DNA from: Lama glama
Lineage: Eukaryota
Assembly: GCA_028534125.1 (NCBI GenBank)
Contig: CM052818.1
Span: forward strand, 43,402,001 to 43,466,000
Direction: 5' to 3'
DNA length: 64,000 nt
The position numbers were made by a program, and so were the translations under genes. Shown here piece by piece: positions 25,171 through 39,170 of this stretch (positions are counted from its first letter, which is position 1; each line of letters starts with the position of its first letter). The notes below the pieces were generated by a model. The model searched no databases and was not told where the DNA came from. It saw only the letters and a list, made by a program, of their open reading frames with translations.

Positions 25171-28100
25171 TCTCTGGACTTTGTTCATAAGTTGTTAGAA
25201 GCATTTTTCACTCCAGACATTGGTCTCCTTTACACCCATAATTAATGAAGTCAAGATCTCTGTCCAGGCTGTAGATATATTATTGGACTAGACAAATTCC
25301 TCTTGTCAAAATGGCCAGACTGAGCAAATCCAGAAAAGCAGCTACCCCTGGACATTTACTCCGTTATCTGCCAGTTTATTCAGTGCTATCTGACTGATTA
25401 TTTTCATGTTGTGCTTCATGCTGTACCTCTGCCCCACCACTCGACCACCCGTTCTTTGTGCTGGGAGAGAAAATGACTTACTCATGAGTCACACAAGACT
25501 CATCTGATTATTCATTTAAATCTCACGCCTGTGAAAAACAATTTCAGTGATCATTTTGTTTTAAAAATTAAGAAGAATTTTTCTGGCGCATTATTAATGA
25601 AGTTTCAAATAATGACATCAAAAGGAAAAATAAGAAGTTGATGGCAAAGAGATAATGAGTTCGTTTCTGAATATGCTGTTTGTTTAGGAGAGAGCAGGAC
25701 ATTTGATGTGCAAAGAGTAAGAGTATTTCCAAAGTGAGAGATCTAGATTTGGGAATGATTGATGTTACATGAAGAGAAGATGTAATAGAAAGGTCAAAAA
25801 TAAAACAGAAGCAGTCTGTGGACAGACAGATCAAACTCTTCTACGTGAGTAAAGGAGGAGGAAGGAAAGTTGGAGCGAGAGATGGGAATGAAGGTCCTAA
25901 AAAAACAGTCTGCATTTATGTTTTAGAAAGCAGTAAAAGAAAGCTTTGGTTAAAGTGTTGAATGTTATAAATTTGAAATCAAGGAGTCATAAAGGACTCT
26001 ACATTTAGTGGTTCCCCCACCCTGTTTTTTTTTTCCTTTATGAGCACTCCCACTTAATGGATTTCAAGGGTTTATTTACTGTAGAAAAGCTGGAAAGGGA
26101 GTGCCAGCTGAGGATATTTTGAAAAGCTTGATACTGAAATCCACATTTTTGAGAGTATCTTCTGTTATCCTGGGTTGATTTTTAACTTAGCTTTCATTTT
26201 ATGGGATTTTTAAGGACCTGAGCGTTTTTCTAGTTAGAAAGAAAGACAAAATAGGGAAAGAGGATTTTAATCTATTACAGAAAGGCAATCATTGATACGT
26301 AGATTGATGGGCAAGAAGTTAGTCTTATAAAAGTAACCATGTAATGTTTCCTTTTTCAACAGGGGTGGGTAGACATGTTGAAAACACAAAATACTCTGCG
26401 CATCAAATGAAAAACACAGAATTACAGATCATATGTTCCTAATCTCAGGTAGAAAAGCATTAAAATAGTTTATTTAGGTCCAACTGGTACTTGAGAAGAA
26501 TAAAATCAATTAGTGATTTGTGTAAGAATGTGTGTATATATATGTATGTATATATATGAAATAATAGAGTATGTTTCTATGCATGGCAGTAGACCGAATG
26601 GGTATAGTCTTGTGAATTATGAGTGTCACAGGATGTCAGGACCTGAGTGCTAACTATTGCTTTTCCATTAACTGAATGACTGACAAATCACTTAATATCT
26701 CTGGGTCTTGGTTCTTTTTTTAATGTAAGTGCTGAAAAAAAAATGATACTTATGAAGCAAAAGTGGTGATGATATGATGCAAATGAAGGTTGACATATCA
26801 AAATAACAAAATAAGATTCCCAGAGGACTGATCCCTGAGAGTTTTGTGGGAGGGCAAGAAGATTGATGTAAACACTGGAGACAAGATAGCGTCTCTTGAG
26901 ACAAAAAGCTATATAGACAGAGAAGAGATCCTTAATAGAAAATTAGATATTAAGTACCCACTCTGTGCATCTCACAAGCTAGGCACTTAACATGATTAAA
27001 AAAAATGTAGTGGATTTGGTTATTATTTGAAGGAAGTTACCTTCTACTGTGAAAGTACATAGCAGACAGTCCTCACCATAAAAAAAATCATGTGTGGACC
27101 AGGAAATCATCATCTTTAAAATTAAAACTGGTGTTAATAAAGATAAAAAGTGCAGACATTTCATTCCTGGTCAAATTAATAAATCAAAATTAGGAAGGTG
27201 TTGATATTTATATTCAACTTACTTTAAAATTAAAAGTGATGAATAATTCACAAAAGAAATATCATTAAGATGTGATTTGGGAAATAAATGCAAAGATTCT
27301 TAAGGAAAACATTGAGGAAATAATTAAATATCTGGTTTCTGTAATTGTCTAAGTGTAAAAGCATATTAGGGATCATCCATTCATACTGTGAGCTTTAATC
27401 ATTTACCCTGGACTAGATCGGTAGCTTCCTTCCTCTCTATCCCAATCCACACGCATTTGAATGCAGTTTGTAAAGACCGGCTCTGGGGTAAATTGTATCA
27501 AAGCGCCATGCCTTGCTATACTTGAAATCCAAAAGAATCTCTTATTTGATGGTAAAGGTAATGAATACAATAACTGCAGGAAGAAAGAGACAATTTCTAA
27601 CAAGAATAGAGTTACTGGTAATGTAAGAAATAACTTCCAATGTCTGACAGTCAAAATGATTCATAATTAATTGTCTTATATTTTGCTGAATTAGAGACGA
27701 AGGAAATTATCCAGTTCCTTCTGTACTGTGATGTTTCTATTTTCCTCATCTCCGTGGATTTATTTTTCCTACATCTTCTCGCCTCTGTCATTCTATTCAG
27801 TCCTCAGTAATCAGCTCCCGTATCACCTCCACTGCGAAGGCTTACTATTCCTGCCCATGTTGCACTGCTCCCGCATAAATTTGTGCTTCTTCCTCTTATT
27901 ATTTTTCTTGTAAAGCATCTGTGTTGGCCAGCGTCCAGTCAGGGAAATAGGCACTATACTGCTTCTTTCAAATGGGGACATTAATTCCAGGAAGTATTCA
28001 TAATGTGTTAGAAGTTCTGGAAGAGCAAGAAAAGATTTAAGTTCCGTTTGGAGGCTGATTCAGTCTTCTCTAACTACTTACCAAGTTAAATGGGGGAAGC

Positions 28101-28394
28101 AAGCAGAGAGTATTGTGAGCCAGGAAAGCTTATCTCAAAAAATAATTGTCTAAAGAAACTATACTAAATTAAAGGCAACACCAAATAACTTTACATTTCA
28201 AAGTTAAAACTCCACCCCAGAACAGTGGCCCCTAGGGTGTACTTAAATCTGCCCCCTTTGAAGTTTTCATGTCAGAGATGTTGAAGTGTTTATACAGAAC
28301 ATCTAAACTCAAAATAGAAAAGAGAACCACAGGCTATTAAGAAAATTGTCCTAAAGCACACAGGCAATGGAATTAGACAGACGGATTGGATTGC

Positions 28395-28525
28395 CTATTC
28401 TTTCCACTCAAGTAAAGGAATGCAATTCTGTCTCACAGAATTGCTGTTAAAATTGAAGATAATAAATGTAGAGAATAGTACATAGTTTGTGCTCAATCCC
28501 TGAAAGCTATTTTTATTATTACTAT
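28395..28525 (+). mobile_element. MIR 3' half
   Basis: 'gtaaaggaatgcaattctgtctcacagaattgctgttaaaattgaagataataaatgta...gtgctcaat...ttattatt'. Confidence 0.5.
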
Positions 28526-30749
28526 TTTTATTCAAACTCTACCTCTCCTTACTCTAATTCTATCTGCATAAACTCACAGTCAGGAAGCTTCATTTGGTTT
28601 TCTGGATATGCTGATTCTGAAAGACTGTATTCATATATGAAACTCAGTTGGCACACAGATTCTATTTTGGTGTCTTCTTTTTTATGTCACCATCAAGCCA
28701 CAAGCAAGACTCTGAGCGTTTGCAGTAACTGAGAAAGCCCACTTCTTGTCTGGACCTTTCTGATGACCAAACCTTGGGCGTGGTGAGTTCACCAAAGTAA
28801 CCCACCCTCCTAGGACTAAGAGACAAGTCTGCCTGCTGCTTCTCTGCTGCAGGCGTTATTATCCCTTGTACACCTAACACGCCAAATTGCTGTCTTTTTT
28901 ACACTCAAACTTCACAATATCCAAGATTTCCTTGACATGACTGTGATGTTCTTTGTTCACAGAGACCACCCATATGGTGATTAACACAGGCTTAGACCGG
29001 AAGGAATCGAGCCAGAGCATTTTACTTGTAAAGAGCAAGTAGATTTTTAATAATATTTCCATAAGATATTATGTACATATAATTCATTTGAAGTAAATAT
29101 AATATTTCAGAACATCCTGAACAAAATAACAGCATACAGATTATATCTATCTAATAAAAATGTATGGATATAAAATTAAATTTTTAAAACCGAAGAACAA
29201 AAACATTAAGTAAATCCCTTATTGCATATGACACAATGATATTATAGACATAATACCCCAGGCAGATTTTTATGCTGGAAAGAAAATGAACAAAAATATA
29301 AATTAAACCACAAAGTCAAGGAATGAATATTCATAAATTTCTGGTTAAATTAAACTAAACTTTGTTGAACTCACGGCTTTTGAGCATCTATTTTTGTTTA
29401 TAAAAATAAAAATTTCCCCAAACGGCAGTAGTATACCTTTTTACTTCAGAAAAAAAAAAAGATAATTCAGAATCTGACTGTACATTTGTCAAATTTATGG
29501 ACAACATCTGATTAAGTGCTTAAATTTAACTATCCATGTTGCCCTTCAGATGTTACTGACTTTGCAGTTTCTTAGAACATTTTTTTCCTCAGTGAACATA
29601 GGACCTTCAGTAGGGAACACACTGAAACCCACTTAGCCTTAAAAACTTTATTCATGAATTAATTCAGGAAATAAACCTTAGTGTGCTCCCAGTTCTGTCC
29701 AGACAGAGCAAGACAACCACCACCTTGTCTTTGAAGAGCTCACAGTCTAGAACATAAGTCAAGTGCTGTTTCTGAGTCACTAAAAGCCTTTATCATTTTT
29801 TTAAGGTTTAAATAGATACTTCCTCTGTGGGAGTAACTAAAACCCTCTCTGATGCACGTCATTCTTTGGATTTCACAAGAGTGATTTTCAAATCCGCATG
29901 TTGACAAACCTAGATTCTGATTTATCTAATTTCTTTTTTCTACTATGACAACACCAAATATTTGTTTTTCCCCCTCAGGTCTTCCAGGGTACCGTCTGTA
30001 GTTTTGTAATCCAGCTGGCTTTTTCCTGTGACACTTTGCTGAAGCTTTCTCATCTCCTTCACTCTTGTCCTTTGTTGCTTCCTCCTGACTGGAAGTCTGG
30101 CCGTTTGGATTTCTCTATCTTCCTTTTCCTGCCTTCTTCCCCTCATGGGTGATTGATCTTAGCCCTTCCTTAAATTTTGGATTTTCAATAAATAAAACGA
30201 ATGTCCTACAAATTTACTTGAATTTTGTTGTGAAATTCAAATTTTCTTTGCAAGAATGTCTTTTTGGATGACATTTAGAACCCCTCCAAACGACAATGGT
30301 TTTTCTGCTTTCCAGGTAGTAATAAAATAGACTGGTAAAGAAAGGCATGATTCAGCAAAGGATGCTTCCACTGCATTGTCAATTTTCACTGCCGTTGGAT
30401 TTTGCAGGATCACAGTTCAAACTATTTGGTGTAGGATGCTGATTTAAGGGACAGGTTTTAAAAATTAAACAGTCACACTTTGATAAGAAATTGAAATTCA
30501 TATGGACACATGAAATGTGAAATGTTTAGGAAATACACTAAATGATAAAAAGTTAACATATTTAAGTATTCATTGGGGTGTCTGTTACCTTCATCTTCAC
30601 TATATATGATTAGATTTCAACAATTTATCTTACAAATCAGATGCTATCAAGTAAACTGCTGAACATGAACGATATTACTTTTAACTCAAAGACAAAAGAA
30701 GATTCAGTAAGTCATAGAGCAATATATATATATATATAATATATTACAT

Positions 30750-31940
30750 ATATAAAGATTCTTCTATGTCTGATCATGACTTGGCAGCTCAATTATTTTT
30801 AGTGCTGAATACAATTCCATTGTGTGGATGTATCACTGTATGTTCTTCTATGAACCTATAGAAGGATGTCTTTGTTGCTTTCAGATTTTGCCAAATGTGA
30901 ATAAAGTTGCTACAAGCATTCATGTTTATGTCTTTGTATGAATATAAAGTTTCAACTCATTTAGGTAACACCTAGGAGTGCAATTATCAGATCATATGGT
31001 AAGATGGTATTTATAAGAACTACCAAAGTGTCTTCTAAAGTGGCTGTACCATTTTGCATTCTCACTAACAATGGGTGAGAATTCATGTTGCACCACATCC
31101 TTGCCAGAATTCGGTCTTGTCAGTGTTTTAGATTTTAGCTATTCTAATAGGAGTGTAGAGGTATCTCATTTAAATTTTTTTCTCTAGTGAAGTATGATGT
31201 TGAACATCTTTTCATATACTTGATTGCCATTTGTCTATCTTCTGTGTTAAGAGTTTGTTCAGAAACTTTGTCATTTTTAAAACTGGGTTGTTTGATTCTT
31301 ATTCTTGAGTTTTATGACTTCTTAGTATATTTTGAATACAAGATGTTTTGCAAATCTTCCCTCCCAGTCTGTGGCTTTCCATTTCATTCTCTTAACAGTG
31401 TGTTTCACAGACTAGCTGTTTTAAATTTTAATGAAGTCACACTTGCCATTTGTTTTTCATGGACCCTTTGTTACTGTATTTAATAACTCATTACCAAACT
31501 CAAGATCAGATAGATTTTTCTCTTACGTTATTTTCTAGAAATGTTATGATTCTGTGTTTTCCATTTGGGTGCATGATTCATCTGGAATTAATGTTTATGA
31601 AATGTGTAAGGTCAGTGTCTAGATATTTTTTCTTTTTGCATGTGGATGTCCAGCTGTCACAATACCATTTGTTTAAAGACTTGCCTTTACTCCTTTATCA
31701 AAGATCAGTTGACCATACTTTTGTGGTTCTCTATTCTGTTCCACTGATCTATTTGTCTGTTTTATCACCATTATCACACTGTCTTTATTATTGTCTTTAC
31801 AGTAAGACTTAAAGTTAGGTGGTGTCATTCCTCCAACTGTGTTCTCCAGTATTGTGTTAGCTGTGCTGGGCCTTTTGTGTTTTCCTCTAAATATTAGAAT
31901 CAACTTGCCAGGATCTACAAAGTAACTGCTGGGATTTAGA
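30750..31940 (-). mobile_element. Old L1, ORF2 C-terminal region and 3'UTR
   Basis: Minus ORF 31673-31903 'LIFRGKHKRPSTANTILENTVGGMTPPNFKSYCK...YGQLIFDKG' is a decayed L1 ORF2p segment (cf. KFIW..KR.RIAK.IL...GGITLPDFKLYYK...LIFDK). Confidence 0.9.
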
Positions 31941-32859
31941 TTCAGTAAATTATTATTTAACAGTTATTGTCACAATAAATCATCAGACATGTCCTCTAAT
32001 TAGGAAAATCATCAGGTAAACTTTCTTCTCCCCAGTGAACTACCTGTCATTGTGAGGTAACAGTGAAAGAATGAGGATCTTCTGTGTTGGTGGCAGTCTC
32101 CTGGTATTCCTTCGTTACATCATCACATGAATAACCAGAGGGGTAGAAGGAGCTCTTTCTCTATTTTGGTGAGCATTAGCATTGTTATAGTACTTTAAAT
32201 AGCTTGACTTTCATGTTACAAAAGAAAACCTTTCAAAAAAGCAAACACAAAAAAAACCCCAATATTTATTCTAAAAATTAATCACAAGTTCTAAATAACA
32301 GACATTGAACAACTTCCAACACTATCTCAAGGAATAATTTTCAGTCTGAACCATACTTTAAAAAATTCTGTGCGGGATTATTTCTTATTCCATTATTAAT
32401 AATCATTGAGCTTTTTGCTGCAGGAAGTTTAAATACTGTTGCTGCACTTTGAGACTGCTGTGAAAGGTACACTTTCAGGAAAACTGAGTACTTTGTATGG
32501 CATTTATGGTCTTAATTACCATGATCTTAAAGGAAATATTTAACATAGTGGGGACAGTCTGAACAGAGACCCCAGGACAACTCTGCAGAGTGTTTGCATT
32601 TCCACTCTTGTGTTCAGAACCTCCCCATGCCATTTGGGAGTATCTAGACTTTTAAATACAATCCTTTTTCCTATCCTGAGATGATGATAATGTACGCTGG
32701 GAAATAAAAAACAAACACATGCCATTCAAGAAAGCAGTCTTACAGTAAGTGTAAGGGTACGCTTCACTCTGAGAAGGCAAGGAACAGGAGAGGGAAAAAT
32801 GTGCAAGATGTTGGCTTTCATTCACCTCCAGTGACCTCGTGCACACCACCTGGTTTTAG

Positions 32860-33010
32860 TAAACCTTGATGCCCTCATCTGTAAAATGAAGCTCTGGACA
32901 GTTCTTTGGTAGAATTTTAGAGACGTTAATTTAAACCACCTGGTGGTTGGTTAAGTACTTGGTATAAAATCACCTGGTGCATGTTAAGTACTTGGTACAT
33001 GCTGCGTGCG
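32860..33010 (+). mobile_element. MIR fragment containing a 33-bp tandem duplication
   Basis: 'cctcatctgtaaaatg' MIR core; duplicated units 32932-32964 and 32965-32997. Confidence 0.55.
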
Positions 33011-34389
33011 AATAAAGTTTATGTGACGTATTTACTAGTTCTCTGTTCTGCCTCTGATTCTGTAGATGAGAACACTTATCTCATCCATGAGACAAGTCCT
33101 TGAAGAAATTTCATTTCCCTTTACCTGTACAGGCTTTCCTGCACAAGTAGAACTCTTTTTCTTTCCTAAATCCCTGTTTTCAGCAAGGTAGTTTTTCATT
33201 TCCTGTCAATGCCATAGGGTGTTCCCGTAAAAATAAAAGTGAGAACTCACCCACAGCTATAATGAAAAGAGACCTTTGGGAGTTAAAGGCTGTGTATCAT
33301 ACGAGTGTCTGGTGCACACAACCAAAGGAAATCTGAGCCGTCAAGATACGTTGTGTGCTTAACCATGACAGTTGTAAGCATCTAAATGCTGTAGAACAAA
33401 GACTTAAATTATTACTTTAAATTATTATTATTTAAATTATTAGTTTCACAGCATTTTGTCTGTGAAAAACATAAAGAAATAATATATGCTGAGACATTTT
33501 CCACCGTCCTACTGATCACAATATTAGCACACCAAATAACTGGTTAGAGAGAAAGACCTTTAGGTGTCTGCATTATAGAATACATAGAAGGTACAAATGC
33601 ATGCAGTGTTTACGGGCTAATACTGCAGTCAGTTTATTTTACTTTCTAATCATGAAGGCAATCATGAGGAATGAACAGAAAGAATGATGCAGTTCCACTG
33701 GAATACGTCCATCAAGAAATCCTGTTTCATCTCTTTAAGCCTAAAGGATAAAACTCTAACCAAGCAGAATATAAATGTGTGCATACACATGTGTATTCAT
33801 ACAAAGAGGGTGGGTTTCCCTGTACATTAAATTTAAAATCTAGATGGCTTAGTTTGCAAAAGTTCACTGTGATGAAAAGAGATTTTTTTTTGTTTTTGTT
33901 TGTTTGTTTTTGCTTACTTTTATTCTATCTTCCATAATCATGTCCCCTATCTTAGTCTAAATCCCACCCCACAGGGTTAATGCTCTGCACAGCTCCAGGA
34001 GGTGCCTATATTGTGTAGTTCGTATAAGCAGCATACCCTGGACTTGGCAGTGCTCAGATTACAAGGATCTGCACAGACTCCGCCCATCCCTCTGTTGTGA
34101 AAGGTGAGGGGCTTGAGATTAGCTCTGAAGTCATTTCAGCTCTGCGTATTCCAGGATTGCTGTCTCCTCTCCATGTTTTCTGCTCCTTCTTTACTTCATC
34201 TAACCCTATGGGTTTATGTGCATTATATTCAGAGGAACCTGCGTTGATCAATGTATGTGACAAGGATTCAAAGACCTCATGAGAGAGTTTAATGTCAGAC
34301 CTGTAAAGAGTATACATTATTGAGCCACATACTGCTGATTGGAACTCAAACCCATGGCCCACCTAAATGTAGAAAAGGTAGGAGAGCAT

Positions 34390-34417
34390 TGTCTGTCTGT
34401 CTGTCTGTCTGTCTATC
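34390..34417. repeat. (TCTG)n tetranucleotide repeat
   Basis: tgtctgtctgtctgtctgtctgtctatc. Confidence 0.9.
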
Positions 34418-35477
34418 TTGCATCCCCAGGAAGAAAATAAAACATGGCTTTTATAATATAGACTTGGTTCTGTCACAATCTTCCCTCCAGTGCATTTCAC
34501 ATTTCTTTACATGTATATAAAGATTACTCAGTGTCCCATCCAATCACGCTTTTCAGTTTTAATCTAGATTCTTTGGACAATGTGCAGAATTTTCCATAAG
34601 GACTGTAAACGATAGCTCATGAATAAACAACCTTGGACAAAAAAGTCAAGTTATTTGTCCCCGTCTTCCATATAAATTCTCCCAATATGGGATAACGAAC
34701 TGAGGATAAACGCATAGCATCCACAATGCAGGAATTCTCTGGGACAGATAATTTGAAGTTTCTGTGTCCATGGCTGTAGGAGGAAATTTCTGATTACAGC
34801 TAAGAACTGCCTTTTTTCTTTTCTCTAACTCCTGGCCCAACTTTCTGTGTCATTGTTCCTTGTCCCCTATCCTCTCCTGCCATATATGAAATACGGATTG
34901 GGATATATATGATTTTTAAAGGTCATTCAGCTTTTGAAAATTGTTTTCTGCTTAAAGAAAGTTAGTGACTCCAGATTATCTTAATTTTCTAATGATCAAA
35001 GGGTTTAATTTGGGCTTAATGTTCTCTGGGTGAAGCAATTCCTGCAAAACATAGTAAATTTCTGAATTACCTGTTACTAATCAGCTCCACATGCCAAGTA
35101 GCACATGCAGAGCCATTTTCTAGATATTGTACTCAAATCAGTATTCTTCTGTCCCACCGCTGTGCTTGCCTCTACCACCTCTGTCCTAATGACAGTTACT
35201 TTGGTGATCTCAAGTGTCAGTGGCAAAACCAGGCTTTTTATCTCATCTTTGACAAAGGCATCCTCTTAATGGGCTTCGACAGCAAAGGTTGTTCCTCTGT
35301 TGGAGTAAAGAGGAATTATTAAGTTCCTCCTCACGGTCAAATCATGATGGACTTACTACTGTGTTTAATTTCCTTGTACTTGCAATCTGGCCAGCTTTCT
35401 TCTGAGCTCATCCTTTTCTAGTAATGCTTTGTGAAACACAGTCCTGAGTAATTAAAATACAGAGTCATAAAAATATT

Positions 35478-35985
35478 AAAGGTCTATTTCTGCTGTAACA
35501 AATTGCCACAAACTTAGCAGCTTAAAACAGCATATATTTACTGTTTTGCAGTGTGTAGGTCAGAAGTCTGAAACAAGTCTCACTGAGCTAAGATCAAGTT
35601 GCCAGCAAGGCTGTATTCCCTTCTGTTTGCCCTAGGGAGAATGTGTTTCCTTGCCTTTTGCAGCTTCTAGAGGCCACTCACTTTCCTTTGTTCAAGGACT
35701 GTTTCATCCCTCTGTAAAACCAGCAATATCCAATTGAGTTCTTCTCACGTTGCCATCTCTCTGCCCTCTTCTGTGTCCGTGTTCCACTTTTAAGGATTCA
35801 CGTGATTACATTGGATGTATCTGGATAGCTCAGTAGAATCTATCTATTTAAAAATCAGCCCATTTGTAATCTTAATTCCATCTACAGTCTTTAACCCCCT
35901 CTTCCCTTGTAAAGTAATACGTTCATAGACTCCAGGGATGAGGACATAGACATCTTTGAGGGGACCATTATTATGCCTAATATAT
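35478..35985 (-). mobile_element. MLT1 (ERVL-MaLR) solo LTR, MLT1C/D-like
   Basis: 'tgctgtaacaaattgccacaaacttagcagcttaaaaca...ggtcagaagtctgaa...cttgccttttgcagcttctagaggcca...ccagggatgaggacatagacatctttgagggg'. Confidence 0.85.
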
Positions 35986-36204
35986 ACACCAACACATTAT
36001 TTAAAATGATTTCCTCTAGAGCTGTCATCCCTGAAGGCTCATTATCTGCTTCCCAAATTATTACAGGCAAAAGTTTTACCAAATGTTTTGACACTGCTTA
36101 TCATGAATAACCAACTTCCCAGACTCTCTGATCTGATATCAATTTCTTACCACCCACAACAACTTGATAGATAAGTTGATGCAATATTGTGCTTGTGTGT
36201 GTGT

Positions 36205-37800
36205 GTAATTTTGAGGTGATTATAGATTTATAGGTAGTTGCAAAATAGTAGTATGAAGAGGCTTTATGTACTCTTCGCCCAGTTACATCTTAGGTTATTA
36301 CAATACAATATCAAAATCAGGGAATTCACATTCACATTGGTACAATGTGTGGGTATAGTTTGGCATTTTATCACAGTAGGTTCACGTAACCACCACCACA
36401 GTAAGATACAGAGCTGTTCCATCACCACCGTAGTCTCCCTCATGTTACCTCTTTAAAGTCACATTCACTTCCACACACTACCCCTAACCCCCTGGAAACC
36501 ACCCATCTGTTTTCCATCTCTAGAATTCAGTCGTTTTAAGAATGTAATGTAAGTGTTACATGAATGAAATTGTAAAATATGTGAACTTCTGATATTGAAT
36601 TTTTTATTATCATACTTTTCTTCTAATCCATTCGAGACATTAAGTATATCAATAGTTTCTTAATTGTTTTTTAGTTCCCCTATGTTTACAGTATGTTACT
36701 GCATGCATATTTCACATCATGGATCTACTACATTTTATGGGAATTTTTTTCCAAATTTTCACAGTACAAATAAAGCTTCTATGATCAATTTTATACTGAT
36801 TTTTGTGAAGACATAAGAGTTTATCTTCTCTGGGGAAATGTCCAGAAGTACAGTTGCTGAACCCTGTGATAAATGTGCATTTACACTAAATTAAAAAAAA
36901 ATTTGCAAAACTATTTTTTGTCATGGTTGTATAATTTTACATTGCCCTTCCTTTGTTAAGACTATTTTCTTCATTTTTTGCAAGTGTGTTCATAATTGCT
37001 TACTTGAGTATTTTTATAATGGCTGCTTTAGAATTCTTGTCAGATATTATTTCTGTCATCTTGGTATTGGCATCTATTAATTGCCTTTCTCATTCAAGTT
37101 GAGATTTTCCTGGTTCTTGTTATGGCAGGTGGTTTTTTAGTTTTTGGGGGGCTAACTAGATTTTTTTTAAACAGAAGTACTGGGAATCAAACCCATGACT
37201 TCATGGAAGCTAAGCATGTGCTCTGCCGCCGAGCTCTACCCTCCCCTGTGACAGGTGGTTTTTGATGAAAACCTTGATGGTCTGCATACCATGCTATGTG
37301 TCTCTCAGTGTTAGCTACATCATCTGTGTTGCCTTGCCTTTTATGGTATTGCCCCATTAGGAGAAAGCAGGACACTGCCTCCTTGCTTCCGCGTAGGGTG
37401 GAGCACCACGTGCCTGTTCAGCCTTCACTGACACCCAAGAGGGAACAGTTCTGGGGAGTGGTTCTTCCTACTGCTTAGCTTCACTGGGAGTCACAGACGT
37501 TTACTCTTCTATACTTTTAAAGCTGAGAGGGACAGAAAAGCCTTATTACTTTTTACCACATGGCTTCTATTGGCAGTAAGGGTGTCTGGATTTGTTACCT
37601 CTGGGTGCTGTTGAAAATTCTCCTCTCCTCTAGGCCCCCTCTCACAGCACTCCAGCTAGAAGATGGATGACTGTCTCATCACCCCCAGGTGGAGGTGGAA
37701 GTTCAGGGTCGCATGTGTTCTCCCCTGACATGGAGGGTGAGGAAGGGCGTCACTCATGGCGGCACAGCAGGGAGAAAATTCTCAACTTCTTCTCTGGCCT
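36205..37800 (-). mobile_element. Old L1 fragments (3' terminus ~36205-36950; 5'-side relic ~36950-37800)
   Basis: 'ttttgaggtgattatagatttataggtagttgcaaaatag...gtaaccaccaccacagtaagatacagagctgttccatcacc'; 'gagattttcctggttcttgttatg'. Confidence 0.75.
37138..37246 (-). mobile_element. Vic-1-type tRNA-derived SINE (camelid)
   Basis: Reverse complement GGGGAGGGTAGAGCTCGGCGGCAGAGCACATGCTTAGCTTCCATGAAGTCATGGGTTTGATTCCCAGTACTTCTG plus A-rich tail; degenerate A and B boxes; 17-bp TSD tatggcaggtggttttt (37121-37137) / tgtgacaggtggttttt (37247-37263). Confidence 0.88.
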
Positions 37801-38149
37801 CTATGCTGTGCCATAAAGTAACTTCTAATAAATTTCAAAATATTGATATCTTAACCTTAAGATATGAATTGATTTATTAAAATCTGCTTCTTAATGTTGA
37901 GGTTTATTTGCACATTTCAAGCTAGAGCAACTGTCCCGGTTGTTCTGAATTCAATTATGAACTCTGGCTCTGACCTTTAACAAGCTTCTAGAGATGTATA
38001 AAAACATGAAAACATTAATAAGTTATTAGCCTTGCCTGCATCCGCCAGTGAGAAATGTCATTTTGTTTTAACATGCTATCCTGTTATCATGCCTTGAATA
38101 GTTACAAAGACTATTTTGTATTCCCCGTGCTTCTGAGTTATTTATCCCA

Positions 38150-38590
38150 CATCAGCTGCCTTAGTCTAGCCGCTCATCAGCTCCACCCTGACTTTCTGGT
38201 CTCTGGGTTTCCCACAGTCTAAAAGAACCCAAAGGTTAATTACTACTGGACTGTTTTGAATGGCACATAAGACCCTGTATTATCAACTCTGTTCCTATTG
38301 TCCTTTCCCTTGTAAGCCCCCCAGCCTCAAATACGTCCCTTCCTTCTGGTGTATCCATTCTGTTATTAAACAGACATTTTGAAGTATTCTTTCAAACTCA
38401 GATAATAGGTATATACGATATCCTGTCCTTTTGCTTAGAAAACACAATAATCTTAAGTAAACTTTTTTTCAGTCCTTGATAACTCATTTCAAGAGTTCTG
38501 AGAAATTTTTAGTGACCCTCTCCTACATATTTCCTAAATTCACTAAAGTCCAGTATTAACTGTTAACACAACAAATGTTAAACTCTTTGG
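38150..38590 (+). mobile_element. L2 fragment, highly decayed
   Basis: 'tggcacataagaccctgtattatc...ccttttgcttagaa' L2-like blocks. Confidence 0.4.
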
Positions 38591-38594
38591 TATT

Positions 38595-39170
38595 TTTTTT
38601 AAATAAACTACTATTAGGACAGTTTTAGATGTACAGAGGAAAAATGGGAAGATAGTACAGATTCCCATATATCCACACTCATTTCCCTTGTTGTTAACAT
38701 TTACGTTAGTAGAGTAGTTACGATTACACGCATATCATTATTAGTTAAAGTCTGTACTTTATTCAGATATCTTTATTTTTACTACTGACTCTTTCCGTTC
38801 CAGAATTCCATCTAGGGTGCCGTATTACATTTAGTTGCATTTCTCCTTAGGCTCCTCTTGGCTGTGACAGTTTTCTCATACATTTCTTGTTTTCAGTGAC
38901 CTTGAGAATTTTGAGGAGTATGGTCAATATTTTGGAGAATATTTCTCAGTTTGGATCTATCTGTTTTTATTTTTTTTCATGCTTCAAACAGACTATGATG
39001 TTTTAAGAATGAAGATTACGAAGGTAAAGTGCCATTCTCATCACTACGTTTTGAGACCTGCTATCAGTATGACTTACTACAGCTGATGTTGACCTTTAGC
39101 ACCAGGCTGAGAGCTTGTCAGGCTTTCTCACCTAGACTTGCTCCTTTCCCTTCTTTCCATGCTATACTCT
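38595..39170 (-). mobile_element. L1MC-type 3'UTR
   Basis: 'cagttttagatgtacagaggaaaaatgggaagatagtacagattcccatata...ttaggctcctcttggctgtgacagttttctca...aaggtaaagtgccattctcatcac'. Confidence 0.8.

Noticed and set aside
31187..31903. Overlapping 76-120 aa ORFs, the longest in the window
   Set aside because: All lie in an L1; the + strand ones are hydrophobic antisense read-throughs of T-rich L1 sequence.
37170..37246. tRNA-like sequence
   Set aside because: It has an A-rich tail, a TSD and mutated internal promoter boxes, so it is a SINE rather than a tRNA gene.
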